Source of the DNA: Treponemataceae bacterium
Lineage (GTDB): Bacteria > Spirochaetota > Spirochaetia > Treponematales > Rectinemataceae
Assembly (NCBI GenBank): GCA_963678065.2
Contig: CAXXVZ010000003.1
Span: 960,001 to 1,024,000, forward strand
Direction of reading: 5' to 3'
Length of the DNA: 64,000 nt
In this document: positions 11,161 through 19,801 of the stretch, one piece after another
Numbering within the stretch: position 1 is the first letter of the stretch
Layout: every line of letters begins with the position of its first letter
Program-made: the position numbers and the translations under genes
The notes under the pieces: generated by a model
Told to the model about the DNA's origin: nothing
Database searches by the model: none
The model's input: only the letters and a program-made list of their open reading frames with translations

Positions 11161-11756
11161 GATTGCGCCAGCCTTGGGGCGAGCGCGCGGATAAGTTCTC
11201 CGCGCTTCTTCCGGAGGATGAGGTCGGCCGCAACATCGAGGGTAGCGTCCAGCTCCGCCCCTTTCCCGGAAACGATGATTCCCGTGGCCGACAAAGTATT
11301 GTCTTCCCTGATCACGACTTCTCCAGCGGCTCCAATCTGTCCTGCGAGCCTTTCGGCGCAGGAGGCACCGATTCCCCGGTACCGTATCTCGACGGAACCA
11401 TCGGCAAGGAAGGCCTTCGCGCCTTCCAGCCGTTTTACGACGAAGGATTCGATCCTGGATTCCGGCAGGGAGGCTAGCCACCTGCCCAGGGCCTCCCGGA
11501 TGAGGGCGTCGGAGTGGGCTGTCTTCATCCTGAGTTTTTCCAAGGGAATTCGCGCAAAGACCTCGCCCCTGTAGCGCGCCGTGGCGAGCCTCGCGGCTTC
11601 GTCGATGGCGCCCAGGGCGGCAGCGGTCTTAACCGCCGACTCTGCCTGTATACGCGCCGACTCGGCATCCGCATTGGAGAGCAGACGCGCCGCCTTCTTG
11701 CGCGCATCGTCCATGATCTCACGCTCGAGCGTGAGCGTACCGGCTATTTCTTCCAT
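11157..11756 (-). CDS. ntpE: V/A-type ATP synthase subunit E
   Basis: Operon position; coiled-coil N-terminus ([14 protein letters not shown]). Confidence 0.8.
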   Translation of the reverse strand: MEEIAGTLTLEREIMDDARKKAARLLSNADAESARIQAESAVKTAAALGAIDEAARLATARYRGEVFARIPLEKLRMKTAHSDALIREALGRWLASLPESRIESFVVKRLEGAKAFLADGSVEIRYRGIGASCAERLAGQIGAAGEVVIREDNTLSATGIIVSGKGAELDATLDVAADLILRKKRGELIRALAPRLAQS

Positions 11757-11783
11757 ATTTCAACCTTGGGCGGGACAGACCGT

Positions 11784-12125
11784 TCAGACACTGATACCGA
11801 CCGCCTCGCGGATTGCATCGACAAGACCCTTCCTGTCCGGATTCGATTCGAGAAGACCGGGTATTTCCACGATGAGGGGAAAGCCCCCGGAGAGCTGCCA
11901 TTCCCTGGCCTCGTCCGCGATCATGTCGGAGGTTTCGTTGGAGAGCACGAGAATCCTCGCCTCCCTGCCGACATTGTCGGGGAGACCGGGCAGGTGAGTC
12001 CCCTGCGTGATGGCCCGGAAGGCGGCGAGTGCCTCCTCTCTCCCCGAGACAGCCCGTCCTTCGGCCCCGGCGAGCCGGAACGCGAGCACGAGCTCTTCCT
12101 CGGCGATGACGAAAATTCCAGTCAC
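11784..12125 (-). CDS. ntpF: V/A-type ATP synthase subunit F
   Basis: VIAEEELVLAFRLAG, PLIVEIPG, IREAVGI. Confidence 0.9.
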   Translation of the reverse strand: MTGIFVIAEEELVLAFRLAGAEGRAVSGREEALAAFRAITQGTHLPGLPDNVGREARILVLSNETSDMIADEAREWQLSGGFPLIVEIPGLLESNPDRKGLVDAIREAVGISV

Positions 12126-12135
12126 GGCTTCACGG

Positions 12136-12462
12136 CTAGAGCAGGAGTATCAGAAGGGCGACGAGGAAGCCCCAGAGGCAGATTCCTTCCGCGAGTCCGA
12201 CGTAGGGGAGGGCCTTCCCGGAGAGCTCGGAATTTTCGGCCATGGCGCCCATCGCGGCTGATCCAATCTTCGCGACGGCGAGGCCACCCGCGATGCAGGC
12301 CGTGCCGACAGCAACCGCCGCGGCTATGTAGCGCCAGGGTGAGGATACAGTGGCAGGCTGGGCGGCGACCTGGGTGGCCGCCTGTCCCGCGGCGGTCTGG
12401 GCGGAAGCGATCCCGACCGCCGCGAACCCGGCCAAAGCAGCGAAGCTATAGCGTTTTTTCAT
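12136..12462 (-). CDS. ntpK: V/A-type ATP synthase proteolipid (subunit K/c), single hairpin with N-terminal signal-like peptide
   Basis: Two hydrophobic helices; conserved Glu in GLAEGI. Confidence 0.9.
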   Translation of the reverse strand: MKKRYSFAALAGFAAVGIASAQTAAGQAATQVAAQPATVSSPWRYIAAAVAVGTACIAGGLAVAKIGSAAMGAMAENSELSGKALPYVGLAEGICLWGFLVALLILLL

Positions 12463-14552
12463 GTTCCACTCCTTGTTTTCCCGAACCCGAAGGGCAGAAA
12501 TTCCTTGCCCGTATCGGTGAAGAATTTCGAGAAGAATTCATAGTATTGCAGTCGCACGACCTGGATCGTGACGATGAGTCCCTCGAGAACGATGATGACG
12601 GCGTTGCCGATGATGAAGACAAGCACTTCCCACAGGATGCCCGCAGGCGCCCTGGTCCTGAGGAGCTCCCCCATCGTGAAGACGACGAAAGAAAGCACGG
12701 CGTGGGAGAGGGCGAAGGCGCCGACACGCAAAAAACTCATGGTGTTCGAAAGATAATACGAGAAGGTCTCTATCAGTTCGACCAATCCTTGGACCGCGTG
12801 TCCGATGAGTCCGTCATCGTCCTTCTCCCGTTTGTGCCCTCGATGCATGCTCTCGATGACTTTCTCAAGGCTCGAGGAGAAAAAGAGGGCGAGCGCGGGA
12901 AGGCCCAGGCCGGGTATGTCGATCCAGGAGACGGAACCTCCCGCCGCCACACGTATCCCCAGGACGGCGGCCCACCAGAAAAAGAGGGCGCCCGAGAGCC
13001 CGGTCTTGCCGCAGAGAGCCTCTTCGGGTTTTCCGAGCTTGAATTTGTTGACCATGTTGACGATGAGCCCCACCGAATTGATGGCGAAGCCGATGAGAAG
13101 GGTGAAGCCGAAGAACATGAAGAGCTTGCCCATCCCGCCCTCGGGCATGATCTGGACGAGCCTGTCCACGGGCTTGCCCGTCAGGCCTCCCGTGATGAGG
13201 CGGTTCAGCGGAACAAGAAGTTGTTCGTTGGCGAAGATGGAGCCGTCGAGGAGTCCCATGATCATGGATCCCGTACCGGTGGCCATGAAGATGGGAGCAA
13301 ATGTCGCATACTTGGCCAGACCCGGCTTTTTCGTCCTGCCCAGATAGAGTCCGGTCAGGAAAATGACGGCTCCCTGGCCGATATCTCCGAACATCACGGA
13401 AAAGAGCAGGACGAAAAAGAAGGACACGATGGGCGTGGGATCGATAGTCCCGTATAAAGGGGCTCCATAGGACAGCACGAGCCTCTCGAAGCTTCCGACA
13501 TATTTTCCGTGTCTGAGAAGGACGGGAACCGATTCCTTGCCCGAACGGACAGACTCGAGCTCCTCGGGCACGAAGGATCTGACAGCGATACGTCCCTCGG
13601 TGACGGCCGCGAGGCTGGCCACGAGTTCCTTCACTCTGTCCCGGGGGACCCATCCATAGAGGCGATACGCGAAGTCGAGGGATTCGATCCCTGTTTTCGT
13701 CTTCTGGATGATCGTCTTTACGGTGAAGGCCGAGTGGAGAATCGTCCAGGCAGGCCGTATCTCCGCGGCGAGGCCGGCGAGCGCGGCTTCGAGCTCTTTT
13801 CTGCGCTTCTCGCGGCCTTCGATCTCCTTATCGAGGGCGACAGGCAGTTCCGCCGGTATGCCGGCGAAGTCCGCGGGAAATTCCTTGGCCCTGAAACCGG
13901 CGCGCTCGAGATCGGTGTCGAGGGCAAACCGTCCCTTGCGCGAGGAGGCCGCGATAATCTGGCCGGCATCGTCCAGAGGCAGGATGAAGCCGCGGTCGCC
14001 GAGGGTCTCTCCGAGTTTTTCCGTCTCGTCGGGGTCGACCCGGCCGATGCGGACCGAGAGGAAGGAGAGCCGGTCCAAGTCGGCGAAAGGGAGATTGAGT
14101 CCCGAAAAAGCCCTCGCCTCGTCGAGCGCGCCCCGCAACTCCGCGATTCTGCCCTTCGTCCTTGCGATTTCGGAGACGAGGGCCTCCGTCCGCGCGTCGA
14201 ATTCGCGCACGAGAGCCTCTTCCTGTTCTCCCGGCAGCTTTACGCCCCGGGCAACTTTCAGAGGCACTTCGAAGCCCAGAGCCTTTCCCGTGCGCTCGAG
14301 CGCCTGGAGGAATTCCAGACCGTCGCTCTTCCCCTCTTCATCGTTGCCGGACGAGGCTGACAGGTTATCGGCCCCTGCAACCTCAGGAGAAGCTCCGGCT
14401 TTTCCGGTGGAAACGGGAGCAGTCCGCTCTTCGCTGTCCGCGTCTGGGGGGGCAATCTGGAAAACTGCCGATTCACCGAGTCGGGCAAGCACGGAATCCA
14501 TGTCCCTGTTGAGGACGATCAGCTCGAGCTTCCGCATGGCGACCGGCATCAT
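12459..14552 (-). CDS. ntpI: V/A-type ATP synthase subunit I (a)
   Basis: YGAP.YGTIDPT, MFGDIGQG, essential Arg in SNTMSFLRVGAF, RLQYYEFFSKF; GGAGG before ATG 14552. Confidence 0.93.
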   Translation of the reverse strand: MMPVAMRKLELIVLNRDMDSVLARLGESAVFQIAPPDADSEERTAPVSTGKAGASPEVAGADNLSASSGNDEEGKSDGLEFLQALERTGKALGFEVPLKVARGVKLPGEQEEALVREFDARTEALVSEIARTKGRIAELRGALDEARAFSGLNLPFADLDRLSFLSVRIGRVDPDETEKLGETLGDRGFILPLDDAGQIIAASSRKGRFALDTDLERAGFRAKEFPADFAGIPAELPVALDKEIEGREKRRKELEAALAGLAAEIRPAWTILHSAFTVKTIIQKTKTGIESLDFAYRLYGWVPRDRVKELVASLAAVTEGRIAVRSFVPEELESVRSGKESVPVLLRHGKYVGSFERLVLSYGAPLYGTIDPTPIVSFFFVLLFSVMFGDIGQGAVIFLTGLYLGRTKKPGLAKYATFAPIFMATGTGSMIMGLLDGSIFANEQLLVPLNRLITGGLTGKPVDRLVQIMPEGGMGKLFMFFGFTLLIGFAINSVGLIVNMVNKFKLGKPEEALCGKTGLSGALFFWWAAVLGIRVAAGGSVSWIDIPGLGLPALALFFSSSLEKVIESMHRGHKREKDDDGLIGHAVQGLVELIETFSYYLSNTMSFLRVGAFALSHAVLSFVVFTMGELLRTRAPAGILWEVLVFIIGNAVIIVLEGLIVTIQVVRLQYYEFFSKFFTDTGKEFLPFGFGKTRSGT

Positions 14553-15556
14553 GCTGCACCTCCTGTGACCGAGTAGGCGTAGGCTTCGGTTTCCGCTGGC
14601 GGCGAAGCGATGGCTACTCCCTCGAACAGCCCGGAAACGAGGGCCGTTTCGAATTCTTTGAGCTTGAAGTGACAGTACAGGGGTGTATAGGTCGAGGGAA
14701 AGCGGTGAAGCGCTTTCCGGACAGACTGGAACACGATACGCCGCGCGGCAGTCTCGGCCCCGCGCACGTCCAGTCTCCACTCCGCCCCGAAGTCCTCTGT
14801 TCCCAGAAGTTTCTCCCACTTCCATTTGCTCCAGTCCTGGCGCCTGTCCATGGCGAAGCTGAGGCTCGCGGCCGCGGGGGAGAGGATATCCGCGCGGGGG
14901 AAGGATATGAGCCGCTCACGGATCGCGTCTTCTCCATAACCGAAATAGCGACGCAACCGCATCGCCCAGATCACGTTCTGAAGCTCCGCTTCAAGCCGCA
15001 CGAGGCGCGGAATATCGCCGGCCTTGCCGGCTGGTATGGCGTTCACGGCTTTCCAGAGTTCGATGTAATACTGCTTGTCCAGTCTGTTCTCGAGCGCGGA
15101 CTGATCGGCAATGGACTTCGCATCGATCCAGGCATATCGGCCTTCGGAGAACATGCGCCCGGGGTCCGGATAGGCGGCGAGCTTGAAATCGGGGACGAGG
15201 CCGGGATCGGGGCTGGGTGGGCATTCCGAGAGTCTGGTACGGATGGCGGCGGCAATGGTCTTCACCCAGGCGTACTCAACCTTACGGCCGAGGGCGTCCA
15301 CAAAGCGATCGCCGGAAGGAAGACAGGATGCAAGTTTCCTGAAACCCGCGAGCGCGTCACCTGTGAATTGCCGTTCTGCCATGCGGACCAGGCGGGGGCC
15401 GGGAAGCTCTGGGGGACTTGTTCCGAATACCGCGCGCCAGAGATCGCCAATTCCCCGGAATGCCGAAAGATCGGCGCCTCGTTTGCCGAGAAAAGCCTTG
15501 GAAAATGACCCGCACACCCGAGAATACAGGTAGGCGAGCTCGTAGCTGTCCGCCAT
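14549..15556 (-). CDS. ntpC: V/A-type ATP synthase subunit C (V0D/AC39 family)
   Basis: Operon position; RLDKQYY..LW, ELQNVIWAMRLRRYF, LKEFE. Confidence 0.8.
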   Translation of the reverse strand: MADSYELAYLYSRVCGSFSKAFLGKRGADLSAFRGIGDLWRAVFGTSPPELPGPRLVRMAERQFTGDALAGFRKLASCLPSGDRFVDALGRKVEYAWVKTIAAAIRTRLSECPPSPDPGLVPDFKLAAYPDPGRMFSEGRYAWIDAKSIADQSALENRLDKQYYIELWKAVNAIPAGKAGDIPRLVRLEAELQNVIWAMRLRRYFGYGEDAIRERLISFPRADILSPAAASLSFAMDRRQDWSKWKWEKLLGTEDFGAEWRLDVRGAETAARRIVFQSVRKALHRFPSTYTPLYCHFKLKEFETALVSGLFEGVAIASPPAETEAYAYSVTGGAA

Positions 15557-15558
15557 GA

Positions 15559-15867
15559 TCAGATTATACCGTCGAGAGATTCCTCGCACCAGGCGGCCAG
15601 CTTGTCATAGAATGTCGGTACATCGTCGAGAGATGCGCGATAGGCCTCGATTTCCGCGCTGCAACCGGCATCTGCCTCTGATCTCTTCTTCTGCGCATCT
15701 GCATCCGCAGCGGCGGCCTTTGCGGAGCGGGCCTCGGCGAATCGGGCATCCACATCGGATTTGACCGCAGCAATCCGCCGCGAGGCCTCTGCGCGGGCGT
15801 CCTCAAGGAGAGACTTGGCTTCGTTTTCTGCTTCGAAGAGTTTATCCAGATATTCCCGAGACGGCAT
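15559..15867 (-). CDS. Probable V/A-ATPase peripheral stalk subunit G/H
   Basis: Short Ala/Glu-rich coiled coil (EAENEAKSLLEDARAEA) heading the ATPase genes. Confidence 0.65.
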   Translation of the reverse strand: MPSREYLDKLFEAENEAKSLLEDARAEASRRIAAVKSDVDARFAEARSAKAAAADADAQKKRSEADAGCSAEIEAYRASLDDVPTFYDKLAAWCEESLDGII

Positions 15868-15903
15868 GGTCGGCACCTCTCGTGGCATCGCTGGCGGAAT
15901 CCG

Positions 15904-16407
15904 TCACTCTGTCACTGTTTTAAAAGATGTTTGTGTTTCGCGGCTCATCATGTCTTCAAAATTCTTGATGATGGCAAAAACCTGCTCGGGAGTCGCGGCC
16001 CGGGCGAGGCCCACATAGAACTCGGAATCATCGAGAAGCCGCGCGAGGCTCTTGAGGGCCTGCAGATGGAGCTCCGATTCCCGGGTCGACGAGACGATCA
16101 TGAACACGAGGTGGACAGGCTCGCCGTCGAGGGAGGAGTAATCTATGCCCTTCTTCGAGATCCCGAGAGCGCCCGATATGCCGGGCAGCTTGGCGACCTT
16201 TCCGTGGGGAATCGCGATGCCTTTCTTTATGCCCGTCGACATCTTGGCTTCCCGCTCCCGTATGGCGGACAGAACTTCGGCCCGCGGGTAGCTCTTTCCG
16301 CCATCACGGGCTAAAAGATCGACAAGCTCTTCGAAGACCTCTTCCTTGTCTTCACTTTCAAGGTCGACCTTTATTCTGGCGGACGAAAAAATCTGTTGGA
16401 GCAGCAT
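15904..16407 (-). CDS. PTS IIA (Fru/Ntr, PtsN-like) protein
   Basis: EREAKMSTGIKKGIAIPHG with phospho-His, GIDYSSLDGEPVHLVF; GGAGG before ATG 16407. Confidence 0.9.
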   Translation of the reverse strand: MLLQQIFSSARIKVDLESEDKEEVFEELVDLLARDGGKSYPRAEVLSAIREREAKMSTGIKKGIAIPHGKVAKLPGISGALGISKKGIDYSSLDGEPVHLVFMIVSSTRESELHLQALKSLARLLDDSEFYVGLARAATPEQVFAIIKNFEDMMSRETQTSFKTVTE

Positions 16408-16451
16408 TCTGGATTCCTCCGGTTCATTTCCGGCATGGTCCTCAATGAAGG

Positions 16452-16483
16452 CGATCCCGGAAGAGTGACTCCTCCCGGGATCG
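16452..16483. other. Strong hairpin between secG and the PTS-IIA gene
   Basis: CGATCCCGGAAGAG-TGA-CTCCTCCCGGGATCG inverted repeat; no clear U tract. Confidence 0.45.
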
Positions 16484-16510
16484 TTCAGGTCATCCTTAAA
16501 AGAGCCCCTG

Positions 16511-16939
16511 TTATTTCTTGGCGGGGACCGTAGTCGTGGTGGCTGCGGGCGCCGGCTGGACAGTGGTATTCGTTGTGCCGGCAGCGGGAGCGGTGGGTTG
16601 AGCCCCATTCTGGGCGGGAGTCGCGGGCGCGGCGCCCTGACCCTTCCACCATTCCGAGGAAGTCTGTGCCTGCTCGGGCTTGACGGCCGCCTCGACATTG
16701 CCGATCGAGGATTTGTTGATAATCGCGAGGGTGAAGGCAGTCACGAAGAACAGGGCTCCGAGCACGTAGGTGATCTTGATGACCACATTGGATGAGCGCG
16801 AACCGAAAGCGCTTCCGGAGCCGCCGGCGAAAATGCCGCCGAGGGAATCGGAATCCTCGTCCTGGATGACGACGAGGAAAATGAGAAGAAGGCTGACGAT
16901 CACAAAAATTACCAGGAGGAGGATACCAAGAATGCCCAT
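16511..16939 (-). CDS. secG: Preprotein translocase subunit SecG
   Basis: Two TM helices joined by LGGIFAGGSGSAFG; follows tpiA. Confidence 0.92.
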   Translation of the reverse strand: MGILGILLLVIFVIVSLLLIFLVVIQDEDSDSLGGIFAGGSGSAFGSRSSNVVIKITYVLGALFFVTAFTLAIINKSSIGNVEAAVKPEQAQTSSEWWKGQGAAPATPAQNGAQPTAPAAGTTNTTVQPAPAATTTTVPAKK

Positions 16940-17003
16940 ACTTTGAACTCCGATCTTACGGTAACGGATGTGTCACCTTGCCGGCGACCGACCGTGGCAA
17001 AAC

Positions 17004-17033
17004 ATACTACCCAAAATCTTCCTTACGATGCAA
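17004..17033 (-). promoter_or_regulatory. Putative sigma70 promoter of secG
   Basis: TTGCAT-18 bp-TAGTAT. Confidence 0.45.
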
Positions 17034-17084
17034 GCCCCGGATAGTGGCCGGAAGAATCTTCCGACCCTTGTCCTGAGGCTTCTT

Positions 17085-17834
17085 TCAGCGGAAAGCGGCG
17101 ATCGGAACGAATGTTTCAGCCTTGAGGCTCGCTCCGCCGACGAGGGCGCCATCGATGTTGGGCTTGGACATGAGGGCCACGACGTTGTCCGGCTTCACGG
17201 AGCCGCCGTACTGGATGCAGGCGGCCTTGGCAGCGGCCTCGCCGTAGAGTCCCGCGAGCACGGAGCGGCAGAACGCGTGGACGGAATCGGCGTCTTCGGG
17301 AGTGGCCGTCTTGCCGGTCCCGATGGCCCAGACGGGCTCGTATGCGATGACGACCTTCGCGAAGTCGGAGGCGGACACTCCGGCGAGGCCGCCGCGCAGC
17401 TGTGCGCCCACGACCTCCTCGAGCCTGCCCGCCTCGCGCTCCTCGAGGGTTTCACCCACGCAGAGGACGACCTCGAGCCCGTGCTTCAGCGCGAGCTTCA
17501 CCTTCCTGTTGATGAGGGTATCGGATTCACCGTAGCTGTGACGGCGCTCGGAGTGGCCGAGAATGACGGAGGAGACCCCGGCATCTTTCAGCATGAGGAC
17601 CGACACTTCGCCCGTGTGGGCGCCCGACTCCTCGGGACCCATGTTCTGGGCTCCGAGCAGGATATTCGAACCCTTGAGCACTTCAGCCACGGAGGCGAGC
17701 GCGGTGAAGGGAGGAGCGACCATGACCCTGTCGGGGCATCCCGCGAGCTTGACCTTGAGCTCGGCGGCGAGGGCGACGGCCTCCGCCACGGTCTTGTGCA
17801 TCTTCCAGTTTCCGGCGACGTAATAGGAGCGCAT
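17085..17834 (-). CDS. tpiA: Triosephosphate isomerase
   Basis: [30 protein letters not shown]. Confidence 0.98.
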   Translation of the reverse strand: MRSYYVAGNWKMHKTVAEAVALAAELKVKLAGCPDRVMVAPPFTALASVAEVLKGSNILLGAQNMGPEESGAHTGEVSVLMLKDAGVSSVILGHSERRHSYGESDTLINRKVKLALKHGLEVVLCVGETLEEREAGRLEEVVGAQLRGGLAGVSASDFAKVVIAYEPVWAIGTGKTATPEDADSVHAFCRSVLAGLYGEAAAKAACIQYGGSVKPDNVVALMSKPNIDGALVGGASLKAETFVPIAAFR

Positions 17835-17898
17835 AGCTTACCGCCTTGGGCACGGCGGCATTTCGCGTCCCGCCATGTCTGAATGTTTAGTAGGCTGA

Positions 17899-17928
17899 AT
17901 GATACCGAAAAGGGCGCGGGACTGTAAA
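17899..17928 (-). promoter_or_regulatory. Putative sigma70 promoter of tpiA
   Basis: TTTACA-18 bp-TATCAT. Confidence 0.55.
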
Positions 17929-18006
17929 GGTGCGCAGCTATGACCGAACCTTCCGCCGCTTGTTCCGCCGTCCAGACACAGCACTTCACGCTGCGGATCT
18001 CGAGGA

Positions 18007-18744
18007 TTAAATGATAAAATCCTCCTCGGACCAGTTTCCCTCCCCCGTCGTGTGGACATGGTGGTGGGAGGGATCTTCGTGCACGGAAACGCGTGTCTCC
18101 AGATCGTCGAGCCGGACAATGAGATCCTTGATTGTCAGGCCGAGAACGTCGGGCAGGGCGACATGGTCGAGATCGGGCTTGTCTCCCGCGTGGTGGAGTT
18201 TCAGCCTCCGGACGACCTGTCCCGGCACGCCGACGATGACCGAGTTCTCGGGGACCGACTTGACCAGAACGGCGTTGGCGCCGATGCGCGAATCGTTCCC
18301 GACCGCGATGTTTCCGAGGATCTTGGCTCCGGCCCCGATGGTGACGCGGTCTCCTATCGTCGGATGGCGCTTGCCTTTCTCGAGCGATGTCCCTCCCAGA
18401 GTCACGCCGTGGTACATCGTGACATCGCTGCCGATTTCGGCCGTCTCGCCGATAACGACCCCCATGCCGTGGTCGATGAAGAATCCAGGGCCGATGCTCG
18501 CGCCGGGATGGATCTCTATGCCCGTGAAAAACCTCGTCAGCTGCGAGACGAGGCGGGCAAGGAAGCGGGAACCGTCCAGCCAGAGTCGGTGGGCCACACG
18601 GTGCGACCAGATGGCGTGCAGGCCCGAGTACACGAGGGCGACTTCCAGACGGGACCTCGCGGCCGGATCACGCGCGAGGACAGAATCGATGTCGAGATTG
18701 ATATCACACCAGAGATTCCTGCATTCATTCCTCATGCCCGGCAT
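18007..18744 (-). CDS. cysE: Serine O-acetyltransferase
   Basis: [41 protein letters not shown] before ATG 18744. Confidence 0.95.
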   Translation of the reverse strand: MPGMRNECRNLWCDINLDIDSVLARDPAARSRLEVALVYSGLHAIWSHRVAHRLWLDGSRFLARLVSQLTRFFTGIEIHPGASIGPGFFIDHGMGVVIGETAEIGSDVTMYHGVTLGGTSLEKGKRHPTIGDRVTIGAGAKILGNIAVGNDSRIGANAVLVKSVPENSVIVGVPGQVVRRLKLHHAGDKPDLDHVALPDVLGLTIKDLIVRLDDLETRVSVHEDPSHHHVHTTGEGNWSEEDFII

Positions 18745-18769
18745 ACTTTCTCCTCTTTTGGCTCCAGCC

Positions 18770-19705
18770 TCATTCCGCAAATCCTTGGAACAGGGCAGTG
18801 GAGAGGTAGCGTTCCCCGTAGGAGGCGGCAATGGCGACGATGGTCTTCCCCACATTTTCGGGTCGCCGCGCGAGCATCAGTGCGGCCCATATTGTAGCCC
18901 CCGAGGAGATACCCACGAGAAGGCCTTCCCTGCGAGCCGCGCGGCGCGCCGTTTCCAGCGCGTCCTCGTCTTTCACCCTGATTATCTCGTCGTACACCCT
19001 CCGGTCGAGGACGGCGGGCACGAACCCTGCACCTATGCCCTGGATCTTGTGGGCTCCCTTCGGTCCGCCCGAGAGCACCGCCGAGGAGTCCGGTTCGACC
19101 GCCACCACCCTGAGACCAGGTTTCCTGGCCTTGAGCGCGCCTCCGGTGCCGGTGATCGTGCCTCCTGTTCCCACCCCCGCGACGAAGATGTCGACGAGGC
19201 CATCCGTATCGCGCCAGATCTCCTCGGCAGTGCCGCGCCGGTGGGCCTCGGGGTTGGCGGGATTGTCGAACTGCGCGGGCATGAAATGGCGCGAAGGGTC
19301 GGAGGCCACGATCTCTTCGGCCTTCCTTATGGCCCCCGCCATGCCCTCGCTGCCCGGAGTGAGTACGAGAGTGGCTCCGTAGGCCGCAAGAAGGACGCGC
19401 CTCTCCCTGGACATGGTCTTCGGCATAGTGAGTATGCACCTGTAGCCCCGGGCTGCGGCGAGCATGGCGAGGGCGATGCCCGTGTTGCCGCTCGTGGGCT
19501 CGACGATAGTCTTGCCTGAGTCGAGGAGTCCGGCCTTCTCCGCGGCCTCGATCATGGAGAGAGCTATGCGGTCCTTGACGCTGTGACCGGGGTTGAAGTA
19601 TTCGAGCTTGAGGAGGATCGTCGCTTCCAGTCCTTCCGTCAGCTTGGACAGCCGCACGAGGGGAGTATTTCCTATGAGCTCGGCGACGCTGGCTGCGATT
19701 TTCAC
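18770..19705 (-). CDS. cysK: Cysteine synthase A
   Basis: [12 protein letters not shown] Lys in [30 protein letters not shown] before GTG 19705. Confidence 0.96.
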   Translation of the reverse strand: MKIAASVAELIGNTPLVRLSKLTEGLEATILLKLEYFNPGHSVKDRIALSMIEAAEKAGLLDSGKTIVEPTSGNTGIALAMLAAARGYRCILTMPKTMSRERRVLLAAYGATLVLTPGSEGMAGAIRKAEEIVASDPSRHFMPAQFDNPANPEAHRRGTAEEIWRDTDGLVDIFVAGVGTGGTITGTGGALKARKPGLRVVAVEPDSSAVLSGGPKGAHKIQGIGAGFVPAVLDRRVYDEIIRVKDEDALETARRAARREGLLVGISSGATIWAALMLARRPENVGKTIVAIAASYGERYLSTALFQGFAE

Positions 19706-19801
19706 CGTGTATCTCCTTTTGTCTATATTACTATTTATCCAATATATATGATTCCACTCCGACTGGCTCACAGACTGATCGGCGGAACGACTGATGGCGC
19801 A

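Noticed and set aside
9394..11481. N-terminally extended V-ATPase A (695 aa) or an intein
   Set aside because: The extension overlaps subunit E; the likely start is 11160, giving a normal length with no intein motifs
19761..19794. Three short GACTG repeats between cysK and the intron
   Set aside because: 5-7 bp with irregular spacing; not a CRISPR array and not convincing as a binding array
19795..19801. 3' flank TGCGCC recreates GTGCGCC on exon ligation, resembling the intron 5' end
   Set aside because: Only ~7 bp and the similarity stops there; no remnant of a second intron; likely coincidence
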